A stretch of DNA of 64,000 bases from NCBI RefSeq assembly GCF_006345805.1, contig NC_043019.1:7811360-7875359 (forward strand), given 5' to 3'. Origin of the DNA: Octopus sinensis. Lineage: Eukaryota. Made by a program: the position numbers and the translations under genes. This document shows, piece by piece, positions 52,347 through 64,000 of this stretch (within the stretch, counting starts at the first letter, position 1; every line of letters begins with the position of its first letter). The notes under the pieces are model-generated. The model was not told the origin of the DNA and did no database searches. It worked only from the letters and a program-made list of their open reading frames with translations.

Positions 52347-53299
52347 TACACATTATACTAAAAACATAAGATATTCACTCACAAGACAATGAAGATTTTT
52401 CTTCAGCTTTGGAGAATTTTAACGTTCCTGTGTTGCTGCCATATAATTTTACTCTAACGTGTGTGGTTGACTTAATTTCAAATTCTCTTTCATTCCTGTG
52501 TCTGCTGCCAGTTCTTCGTGTTACCACCACAAGTGGAATGCGTTTGCAGCATACTTTGTCACGACACATTCCATGAAATGATTTTTAAAAAGCATTCTGT
52601 AAAACACATGTACAACTCACATATACATGCGCGTTCATATATCTATATATGTATGCAAGCAGGCGCGTGTGGCATTGTGTGCTTACAAATTTGAGAGCGT
52701 GATAAAGAATATTATGGATTAATTCTAAATGACATCAAATAAAATCAGTTGCTTGAGAAACCTATATGAATAAGAGCATAGAAAAATACTTACACGTTGC
52801 CTTTTGTGCCACTAGAAGTAGCTTTCCAATTCTTCACAAACTTCTAAAATGCGTAGGATGTGAAATAAACATACTTCGATAGTTGTGTTAGCTGTTTTGT
52901 GACAGACATGCTTGCGGCGGTAAAAGTTCTCGACCATTTTTTCAGAAGGAACGATGTGTTGTGAGAGACAAGTTTTATGCGCTAAAACAGAAGCGAAGCA
53001 AAATGATTCGAGGAATTAGGTTGTAGAAGTGTAATATGGCCACCCAAGACCAATTCGGTAAACGAACAAATTACTCGCGTTCCACCGGATCTTTTTGGTC
53101 TTCCATCTAAACTGTTTTTGTACACTGAGGGCTAGTAACGGTGGTAGGTTTTAGTGTTTCACCCAGTGACCTAAAATGAATACTGACAGGGACATCCCAC
53201 TTCCTTGCTAAGACTGACAGGGGATCTTTTTATCGATATAAGCAATGCTTATATTTGTGCGAGCAGCCAAATACTGGTTTTGTATGCTCGGTCCTTTGG

Positions 53300-54010
53300 A
53301 CTTTTGGGTCATTTGCTCCATATCTAAGGAGTGAAACCACCCAGGTGTTGACAGCGACGATCTTATTCCGTCCATTTAATATCGACTTAAGTATCAGTCT
53401 CAGTCCGATGTTTCTTTCATTTCTGTCTCCATTAATTTATCCATTTCCAAAATGCCCAGGTACTTACAGCCCATCTCTTCTATGTGCTTCCTAACATCCC
53501 CTGACAGCATTTTAGCCCGTCCATACATTTGATTTTGCTTCTTTTCAAGACTAACACACCACACTTTCTCAGTCCGAACTCCATTCTGATAACAGCACTG
53601 AAGGTCTACACCATATCAACGAAGGAACTGACTTGGGTTTCATCTTTACCATAAAGTTTGTGGTTATCCATGAATAAAAAATGGTTTAATTTTTATTGGC
53701 GGCTTTTGAATACATACCCAGCATTTGCTTTCCTCAGAGTCAGTGTTAGTTGTATCAAGCACAGTACAAAGATCAGTGGGGACAGGTAGTCCCCTTTGAG
53801 GATGCCCCTCCTAATTTCTACTGTCCCAAAACTTCTTCCGTATGCTGTTAGGTCCGTCCTCCAATTTGCCATACTTTTTCCAAGCATTCGATGCAATACC
53901 AAATAGGTTCATACACTCCATAATCTTGCGGGATCATATCGTACGCCGTAAGATAATCGATCCATGACTAAGCTAAGTTACATTTTGCTCCTCTTGCAGT
54001 CTCTGAGTAC
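53300..54010 (-). pseudogene. Decayed reverse transcriptase of an R4/Dong-type non-LTR retrotransposon
   Basis: Minus-strand motifs WIDYLTAYDMIP, IRRGILKGDYLSPLIF, HFLFMDNHKLYGK, KYLGILEMD and ILNGRNKIVAVNTWVVSLLRYGA, with frameshifts and stops. Confidence 0.85.
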
Positions 54011-54240
54011 AAATGGACTCAAATTACATTCAGGGATCCATCGAAAATAGATCCAGGTTCATTTTGTTTCATTTCTTTTCCAACTTTGTTTTCACCTTCT
54101 CCCCACATTTATTTTCGTGTCTTTAAATCCTTTCCTTCGAACATCGTAAGCCGAAAGCGACGGGAACGACCGCCGTTGGTATTTTACAATACTACAGCAG
54201 CAACTCAAACACTACCAACCCAAAAACAAGAGAAAGACGA

Positions 54241-54271
<31 letters not shown>

Positions 54272-54469
54272 ATACTAATACTACTAATACTACTGCTGCT
54301 ACTGCTGCTACTGCTACTGCTGCTGCTGCTTTTGCAATTTATTTACCTATCTCCTTCATCGTCCTCCATTACTCTCCTCCTTGTCAACATATCTTCAGCA
54401 TTATCGTCGTTCACGCCACCATATTTAATCGCCATCAACAGCATCACAACCAATATCATCATCACCATT

Positions 54470-54506
<37 letters not shown>

Positions 54507-55020
54507 CCATCATCACCATCATCATCATCATCATCACCAGCAGCAGCAGAAACAGTACTGTCAACCATCAACATATTAATCATCCTTTTTATTACGAGTT
54601 GTTATTTTTGTTATTTTGGTATTAGAGCACATGTTGTTACTGCTGCTGCTGCTGCTGCTGTTGATGTAGATACTTGAGTTGTTGTTGTTGTTGTCATTGT
54701 TGTTGTGTTTCTGGTGGCTTTTAAATTAGTTTTTCTCACTTCAGACCGTGTTTACGTAACTCCCTTTCCAGCATTCATTATTTACGTGACCACGTGACTC
54801 TGTTTATATGTGAGTTCGAATTTGAGTGTCACTACTCCACCTCACTCTCTCTCGATCACACCCCTCTTTCTCTCTCTTTATATACCCTTTGTGCATCAGA
54901 CATTATATATTCATTGATGCATACACAACCACACACATACATATAAAGAAACTCACTCACAGACGCACACAACAACCAAAGCACACGTGCACAAACCCAT
55001 ATACACACACTTGCACACAA

Positions 55021-55052
<32 letters not shown>

Positions 55053-55264
55053 ACATATATATACATATGCACACATAATATTGAATACTATTATCCTTTG
55101 AGGCATAACTACACACACAACCATATTAACAAACGTATGCACACAAGTATACACCCCCACCATATATATATATACACACACAAACAAATAGACATATATC
55201 TTATATGCTATTATCCTATGCAAGCAAATATTTTCATACATACATACTTACATACATACATGCA

Positions 55265-55386
<122 letters not shown>

Positions 55387-56163
55387 GAATGTATATGGAC
55401 GTTGATTTTTTCCTTTATCCTCTATTATCGATATATTATTTCGTAATTTTCTTACCATTCTTTGACATATGCCAATATATATTCCTACACGTTGCATAAT
55501 GCTGATTTTTTTTTGTTGTTTTTGTTTACTATTTTGCTTCCCGTTAGGAATATCTGCATCTCTTTGTCTTAAAGAAAGTATTTCTAATTTATCAATTTCT
55601 TTTTTTCCTCAACCATTAATATCATTTTTTATCATTCCGTATCTATTTTTTTTACAATTTTTCTCTAGCCTTGTAAGCTCTCCAGTATACTTTAAACATA
55701 ACACGCAGATAATCGTGTTGTTACTTACTTCTATAATAATAATAATAATAATAATAACAACTACAACAACAACAACAACAATAATAATAATAATAATAAA
55801 ACAACAACAACAACAACAACAATAATAATAATAATAATAATAATATTAATAATAATAATAATGACGATGATAATTATGGTAATATTAATTATGATTATTA
55901 TTGTCATTATCTTCATCATAAATGTTATTTTCATCATTAGTGTTGGCTAATTTTTTATAATGGATATTACCAGTCTTAATATTTCGTGCATCATATTTTT
56001 TTTCATTACTCTCATTCTCTTATTTTTTAATTATTAGCATTAGGGAGGCTTTTATATTCCCCATCTTCCCCTTGTAATCATTATTATAATTCCCAACCGG
56101 CCCCTCTACTTCTTCCCAAGTTACCCTCTTCCTAGGCCTCCTTATTGTCATAATGAAAATTAC

Positions 56164-56220
<57 letters not shown>

Positions 56221-56320
56221 AAGTCAAATTTTAGTAGTTGTAGCCGCAGTAATATTAATGGTTATGTTAATAAGGATGTTGTTGATATTATCAGACTTTA
56301 ATTCTTCTTGTGTACATATG

Positions 56321-56353
<33 letters not shown>

Positions 56354-56419
56354 ATATATATATATATATATATATGTATATAGGATCATCTTTCAGCGAT
56401 GACGGAATAATAATACTAT

Positions 56420-56520
56420 CGGGGACGATAAAATAAGGAACAGTTATGTACTGGGGTCGATGCAATTGGCTTATCCCTCTCCGAAATTGCTGTCTTCGTG
56501 CTGAAATTTGAAATCAATAT
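56420..56520 (+). mobile_element. SINE family B 3' fragment
   Basis: GATAAAATAAG..GTACTGGGGTCGATG..AAATTTGAAATCAATATT. Confidence 0.65.
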
Positions 56521-56630
56521 TTATAGGATAGTGAAGACCTCAATTTAGCAGAACTGTTCACACCCCGATACCATTAACCAATCCACATCACCAAAATATC
56601 CGCTGAATTCAGCCCAAATTATCATCATCA

Positions 56631-56673
<43 letters not shown>

Positions 56674-56679
56674 GATAAA

Positions 56680-56825
56680 TGCAGCGAGCTGGCAGAATCA
56701 TTAGATTGCCGGGAGAAATGCTTAGCAGTATGTCGTTTGCCGTTAGGTTCTTGGTTCAAATTTCGCTGAGGTCGACTTTGCCTTTCGTTCTTTCAGGGTG
56801 TGATGTAATCGACTATCCCGGTCCC
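56680..56825 (+). mobile_element. SINE family B 5' part
   Basis: GCAGCGAGCTGGCAGAATC..GAAATGCTTAGC..GGTTCAAATTTCGCTGAGGTCGACTTTGCCTTTC. Confidence 0.8.
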
Positions 56826-57298
56826 CTATTATTATTACTATTGCTGCTATTGTTTTCATTATTGTAATCGTTAGCAGGAGCAGCCGCTTTAGTCGCGATA
56901 ATCAAAAATGTTTTCCTCAATTCGCTTTAGTATGGCTTGGGTTTCCACACACGCTCATCTCTCTCTCTCTCACTCACTTTTAATACATGTGTGTGTATTT
57001 CTTTGTGTGTATATATATGTGTGTTTTTGTATGTGTGTGTCTGTTTGTGTCTGAGTGTGGGCGGTGGTGTTGGTGGTGGGGGGGCAATTATTTGTACTTG
57101 ATGTTTTTTCTCTCGTTCTAATAATCTAGTAATCAGCGGAGACTTTTGTCGATTCTATTGAAGAAAGCATTTCCGAAGAAAACAGAACAATTCCGAGATA
57201 TCTAAGGAATACATATTCACCGACATTAAATTGTCTACACACACACAGACACATACACACACACACATACACACACACATACACACACCACACACACA

Positions 57299-57378
<80 letters not shown>

Positions 57379-58142
57379 TATATATATATTTGTGTGTGTG
57401 TGTGTGTGTTTTGGTTTATTTTCTGATTTCCATATTTCAAGAACAGATGTATTTGCGTGAGTGTTACCAGGGCGAATATATATGATTATATGTATCGGTA
57501 TGTGAGCGACCAATTCGTTGTTTTTATCGTGTGTATGAATACACAAATACACACAGACAGGTGCACACACATACAAACATGAATATGCATATATCGACAC
57601 AAACACTCATACATACATAAATACATACACACGCACACACACACACATGCATATATGTATAGGTATATAGATATATTTTTATTTATACATAAGGCATTGT
57701 GTCTAGAGTAGATGAGTATATTTATACATACATACACAGGTACACACATGCATAAACATATATGGACACACAAAAACAAACACACAGCTACACACACATA
57801 CACACATACACACCCACGTACAAACACACATACATATGTATATACATATATATATATTTATATATATTTATACATAGATAGACACATTCATATTTATATA
57901 CAAACACAGGTACACACACACACATATATATATATACACACACACATGTACACACACACATACATGTATAACTACATAGATATACTCTAATTCACATGTA
58001 CATATACATAAATCCGCTACATATATATACACACATATTCTCTGGTGCTTTTTGCGCATTTCATATAACAGATTTTCTGAGCTTGAAATCAATTTACAAG
58101 ACTCTAAACTTTGAAATGCTACATGTGCGAATCAATCAATAC

Positions 58143-58225
<83 letters not shown>

Positions 58226-58332
58226 ATCTATCTATCTATCTATCTATCTATCTATGTATCTATCTGTCTATATATCTATATATATCTACGTTTGTACGTT
58301 CCTATCTATCTATCTATATCTATCTACGTTGT

Positions 58333-58708
58333 GGAGGCACAATGGCCCAGTGGTTAGGGCAGCGGACTCGCGGTCATAGGATCGCTGTTTCGATTCCCAG
58401 ACCGGGCGTTGTGAGTGTTTATTGAGCGAAAACACCTAAAGCTCCTTGAGGCTCCGGCAGGGATGCTGGTGATCCCTGCTGTACTCTTTCACCACAACTT
58501 TCTCTCACTCTTACTTCCTGTTTCTGTTGTACCAGTATTTCAAAGGGCCGGCCTTGTCACTCTCTGTGTCACGCTGAATATCCCCGAGAACTACGTTAAG
58601 GATACACGTGTCTGTGGAGTGCTCAGCCACTTGCACGGTAATTTCACGAGCAGGCTGTTCCGTTGATCGGATCAACCGGAACCCTCGTCGTTGTAACCGA
58701 CGGAGTGC
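58333..58708 (+). mobile_element. Well-preserved tRNA-derived SINE (family C) inside (TCTA)n
   Basis: A box TGGCCCAGTGG (58343) and B box GTTTCGATTCC (58387). A 31-33 bp flanking repeat TTCCTATC..TCTACGT occurs at 58299-58329 and 58709-58741. Confidence 0.9.
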
Positions 58709-58751
58709 TTCCTATCTATCTATCTATCTATCTATCTACGTAGGTACGTTC

Positions 58752-58793
<42 letters not shown>

Positions 58794-58870
58794 GTCTATT
58801 TATCTATATATAAAAATCTATATCTATCTTTCTATTGATCTGTCTATATCTACGTATCTATTTATTTAAT

Positions 58871-59272
58871 GCGCAGACTCGCTCTGAGACTCCGACATCT
58901 CTGGCTCTACGTAGACGTCGGTGAACAAGTGTGATCACCGTATGTGAGGCGCGCTTTCCCGCAGCTCGTCTCCATGACCGAACTGTAGTCGTGGATCAAA
59001 AAGAGGCTGAGAAAGTGCGAATGGCACCGAGAGTGTCGCGTTGCTCTAAAACAACTATGTCGTATCAGGAAGACATTGAGCAACTTCAACTCAACCAAAG
59101 CATTAGTGGAGGGGAGGTAGGTCGACAATCTCGGAGTGAACCTGGGCAAACCTCCCTGAAAATTTCATCGGAATCAATCCAGCAGTGCCTGAGATATCTT
59201 GTCCAATGAACTAGCGAACAAACAAACACGACTGAAAACAATACCCCCGTCTTCGCTAAGGCGGTGTTAATA
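58871..59272. mobile_element. Probable non-autonomous Helentron/HINE-like element
   Basis: Terminal GC-rich hairpin CCGTCTT-CGCT-AAGGCGG (59247-59264) after AAAACAATACC; AAATTTCATCGGAATC motif; GCGCAGAC start. Classified from the recalled end pattern only. Confidence 0.4.
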
Positions 59273-59893
59273 ATAAACATATTGTGGAAACCAACATTTA
59301 GCTTTCTTCTTTAATACCGAATACATTCAAATTTCCTTCCAGAAGTCTATTGTGGAACGATGCTCCTGATACGAGCAGGAGATATTTCATTTCAGTATAA
59401 CACTTTGTCAAAACCAACAGGGTTTACACATTCAACCCCTTATCTGTACAAATGGGGAGACCGTAGAGTGTAATATGTCTGATGTTCCATTACATATTTC
59501 TAAACTTTAAATTTTTGTCATTCCATCGAATAATTGCTACATCAACGAAAATACATTTTATCGTTTCTGATAACAATATCATTACAGCAACGTTTTAAAC
59601 TCTGTGTCTGCGTGGATCGAGAAATAACTGTAAATAGTATATCTCATATTGCGTAATACATTTTGAGAAATAAAATATTTGTCATTCTTGAACACATTTA
59701 ATGGTGAATCAGTGAACCATTGCCTCTTCATACGTATTCAATATTTTTCATTATTATTATTTTTTTCATTGAACCTCGCTTCGCCTTCATATTTCTTCGT
59801 TCGCTAGAATAAAATAACTGTCAAATACTAAAGTTGATAGAACATTCCTCTACACCGAACGACAAGCTCTGTTTGAAATATGGTGATGATGAC

Positions 59894-59948
<55 letters not shown>

Positions 59949-59969
59949 ATGACGTCAATAATAAAAAAA

Positions 59970-60015
<46 letters not shown>

Positions 60016-60947
60016 CCAACCACCTCATTATTTTTAATAATTCTACCATAAAAATCAGTGCATTCTCATTACACAATCAAGCATTTTTTTCTTTTTATGT
60101 TGTAATTTTTCATTTTTCAAAATTAAAGTTTAAATCCCAACAAAAAAGTTAATAATAATAAAAAATAATAAAATGACAAAATATGAAAATCGACATTTCA
60201 TTCACACAAGAAGAAAAAAAAAGCTATTGTTTTAAATTCAGAACTTTCGCAAACAATACAACAGAATACAACAGAACTACAATGGCAGAAGATGGAATAA
60301 CACTGAAAGAAATAGGCAGAAATTCCATAAGGTGATGTAATCTGCTATGTATCTAGTTGTCTAGCTGAGAATTTCGAAATCCTTGGGATGAAGCGATGTG
60401 TAAAAATTCATAGAATATGTGGACTGATGCATTTAATAAGAATTGTGTCGCAAAAACTTTGAAGAACGTGAAAGAAGATGACGACGAAAATGATAACTTA
60501 CTCATTGAAACTTTTATTCTCGAAAATTTCTTTTTTTTCTTCTTTCTTCTGTTTTATAATATTTCTCTTTGTTTTTCTTTGTGTTTTTCACGCTCACACT
60601 CTTCCTTCGTTCTTCTTTCACTCGTTCATTCTCTCATTCGTGTTGTATTTTACCGTGTAATTTTTTCTTATTTCTCTATCATGTCCTTCTACGTCCAATA
60701 TCAATTATACATCTCAACTCATCCACGTGTTTTCCTTTCACTGTATACACACGCACAAACACACATACGCATATATACACACACACACACACATATTATA
60801 TATATATATATATACACAGATGCATATATATATGTGCATGTAAAGACGCAAATATATATATACATGTATATACATATATATATATACACACACATCCATG
60901 AACACATATATGCATATATATACATACACACATATATATGTATATAT

Positions 60948-61002
<55 letters not shown>

Positions 61003-61429
61003 CGCAGACAAACCCATCAGTAGGTATATACAAAACAGCCGATCCGTGAGCCGCCGCAAATATGTCCATATACGCTTGCATATAAAACTGCATATATCCT
61101 GACACATGCAAGCGCATAAAGAAGACTACATCAAAACAAACCTACACGAAAACAAATCTATTTATATATGCATGGAAACAGCTTTTATTTTAAACAGTTT
61201 TAGCATTTATTCCTGTAAATAATACTTTTATTCTGTACATCGCTCATAGAGATTTCCTTTTCCTTTCATATTTCTTTATTTATCCATTCTTTTCTCTATA
61301 TTATTTCTGTTATTTTATGGCGCTACTAATTTTAAGTTGATTGATATTGCTGCTGTATATTTCTGATAAATATCCAATAAACACTTTCTTCTGTCTTTGT
61401 TTCTCAATGTTTCCCATCTTTTATTGAGT

Positions 61430-61620
61430 GGTGATCTGGCATGTAACCCGCCAGACAAAATGCTTAGCGGCGTTTATTCTGTCTTTATGTTCCTCAGAGA
61501 CCCACTTTCCATTTCATTCTTTCGAGGTCGCCACTTAAATAACTGAACACTAGAGTCGGTGTAATCGAGTGATCCTCACTTTGGAAATTCGTAATATCAT
61601 GCCAAAATTGGAAACCAATA
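61430..61620 (+). mobile_element. SINE family B, diverged
   Basis: CTGGCA..AAATGCTTAGCGG..TTTCATTCTTTCGAGGTCG..GTGTAATCGA..ATGCCAAAATTGGAAACCAATA. Confidence 0.6.
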
Positions 61621-62081
61621 TTTTTCATTGTTTCATAATAGTTCTTTTTATTCTACCAGCTGGCATGAAATTTCTGTTGTTCTTTTCTTCTTTGCGACGA
61701 AAGCATAGCCATACCATTAACTTTCCCAATCTACTACAGGATTGATCGTGCAATATTACGCCGCATCATCAAGACATGTCATTTCTGTGAGAACCTCAAC
61801 TGTTAATTTGCGACTAACGTTCACTAAACTGAACCTGAGAGGAACTCTGTTACGTGAATCGTCTTTACTTTCTCTCTTGTGAGATCTAACGTATCTCTCA
61901 TTTCATTACAGCATTTTCGGCCTTCTATGTATTCAGTGGAGCTTCCTATGCTGCTGGAAATCCCGCCAGAAATTTCAGATGGAAGAATTCTTTTCTTCTT
62001 ATGCGAGAGGCTCTGAAAAATGTCAGAGATCTTTATATCTCTGTCTAAGAAATCTATTAAATTTTATCTTTTATTTTAAGT

Positions 62082-62210
62082 TTCAGTCATTCAACTGCGG
62101 TCATGTTGGAGCATCGGTTTGAAGGTTTTCGAGGAATAAATTAATTCAAGTATTTAGTTGTTAATATGTGGTATTCACTCTGGCAGTATCTTTTGCCGAA
62201 CCGCTTCTTC
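62082..62210 (-). mobile_element. SINE family A 3' fragment
   Basis: TTTCAGTCATTCAACTGCGGTCATGTTGGAGCATCGG..TTTTGCCGAACCGCT. Confidence 0.7.
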
Positions 62211-62362
62211 TTACCAACACCCATTGGCAGTCCAATAGAATGGACAATCATAACGGCAAAGAAACGCACATACATATATATATATATATGTATATATGTG
62301 TGTGTGAGTGTGTGTGTATATAACAATGTATTATGTACACACACACACAGACACACACACAT

Positions 62363-62396
<34 letters not shown>

Positions 62397-64000
62397 GTTT
62401 TCCTATGGTGAAAATTGTATATAAAGATTTTTTCATCAACATATAAATAATTTTTTTAAAAATCAGAATATCTCATCAATTCTGTTTGTCATTATATTTA
62501 TTTCGGTGTCAATAATAAAAAAAAAGTACTTCTGCAATGCTAACTTCTTTTCTTCTCTTTTTTTTTGTATCCTCGTTTTTCATCTCTTCACTTATTTTTT
62601 CTCCTGATACATTCCCTCTTTGAAATTGTAACTGTTTTTTCCCGTCACTATTTCTTTGACTCCTCACTCTCCGTCTTCCCTTCTTTGCTAAATTTAAATC
62701 ATCATCTTTGTTATATAATGCCACGCTAAATCTTTCTGTGAACTACGTTGAAGCCCCACTTATAGGTCTGTAAGATACTCTGCCGCCTATACAATAGAGT
62801 TTCGAATAGGAATACAATTGGTCGAACAACAGCCTCTGCACCTTCGTAAACGATGGCGAATCCACCATAAAATCGTGTAATGGCTGTCTTCTGTCTGCTG
62901 ACGTCAGTGGGATTTTGATATATTTATTTCTGTTTTGACATGTCATACGTTTCAAAAAATATCTTCCGTCATTTCATTACATGGAAGAAGTAAAACCACA
63001 ACAGAAAAACTACATTCATTTTTTCCCTTCTTGTGTACAATAAATAACGTAGCGGACAATGATAGGAGGGTACGACGGTATTGTCCTTTTACATGCTAAA
63101 CATATCAGGCAAATAGCATCTCATTTCAACTCTACTATCGATTCTTATAAAGAAGGAAAATGAATGGTCACAAATACAATCGATCAGAATTAGCCAAACT
63201 CTTATAGAGTCCACATGACCTCTTAATGCTCATCTTAATGTAGTTAATTTGGGATCTATTGTAGTATTTTTGGAGTTCATGAAAAACCTTTCCTGTAAAT
63301 GTATTTATTGTAAGATACAAATAAGTTATTTTCTCTCACGTTTTAATCATTCAGCCTGTTTCCAGCCACTGAGACATGCTCTCTTAAAGAGACCCTACTC
63401 AGTTTAATGTGTGAAAAACGCAATAAGATCTTTGAAAGGAGCTTCTATAAAACGATTTCTTCAATAAACATAGATAGATTATAGGTGTCCACGAGAGGAA
63501 ACTGGTAAAGAAAGGTGTCTGTAGGTAAAAGTAATGCTTAAAAACACCTCACCTTAGTCATACGTTACAAAAATATAGAATTCTTTGAACTTACTTTTAA
63601 CTGGCGCGTACTCGCACTCCGAAACATCCCCGAGATACATCGGAGAGTCAAAGTCTTATTAGATACTCTTATGATTTGAAAACTAAAAGTAAACAATATA
63701 AATGAAAATGAAGTATTTTATATGAAGCAAAGTCATTTCCATAAACAGAAATTACAAAAGTTGTATAACTGCAAGTTATATCAAAGGAACATTCAGAATT
63801 AATCACAGTTGCCGATATATAATAGACGTATTAAACCCACCATTACTCGGTTTAATGGGTTATAATCTATTCTACACACCCATATCTATTGTCAAACGAT
63901 TTTACGACATTAGCACACAGTTTGTTTAAACAAGCCCCCACTCATACCTCACTTTAGCCCAATTATTTATTGGTATTACAATGCAGAACTTGCATATTTG

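Noticed and set aside
52383-52596. Candidate minus-strand exon bounded by CAG and GTGAGT, containing a 64-aa ORF
   Set aside because: All frames are interrupted across the exon and the peptide is unrecognised; cannot be supported without RNA data.
54750-54800. Cluster of TTACGTAA, TACGTGAC and CACGTGAC motifs
   Set aside because: Short motifs without a linked gene or conservation evidence; too weak to call regulatory.
58333-58408. tRNA-like sequence
   Set aside because: It continues into a SINE body and lacks a proper acceptor stem; it is a SINE head, not a tRNA gene.
61912-62046. Candidate plus-strand exon after a good acceptor (CTCTCATTTCATTACAG)
   Set aside because: No convincing donor, no recognisable peptide and no partner exons.

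Overview
AT-rich, microsatellite-saturated eukaryotic genomic DNA. The SINE families and simple-repeat landscape suggest an octopod cephalopod (inference from recognition, not a database search). No intact host protein-coding gene can be supported: nearly all ORF-track entries are translations of simple repeats. The window is a transposon graveyard. It holds three tRNA-derived SINE families and decayed LINE pieces (Tx1/L1, CR1/L2, RTE, R4/Dong-type RLE). It also holds mariner, Tc1 and pogo-type DNA transposon remnants, MITEs and a probable Helentron-type element. The main discovery candidates are: (1) several hammerhead-ribozyme motifs on the minus strand in short (TA)n-embedded Penelope-like/retrozyme-like cassettes, one complete with an unusually long stem II (1771-1865) and one repeat family with a variant CUGUNGA core (941-978, 41637-41674); (2) an ORF1-only Tx1-like (HAL1-like) element; (3) apparent partitioning of retroelements among microsatellite types; (4) two chains of abutting perfect palindromes; (5) tandem SINE arrays with repeated target sites. 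All alignments and folds were done by eye, and repeat boundaries are approximate.
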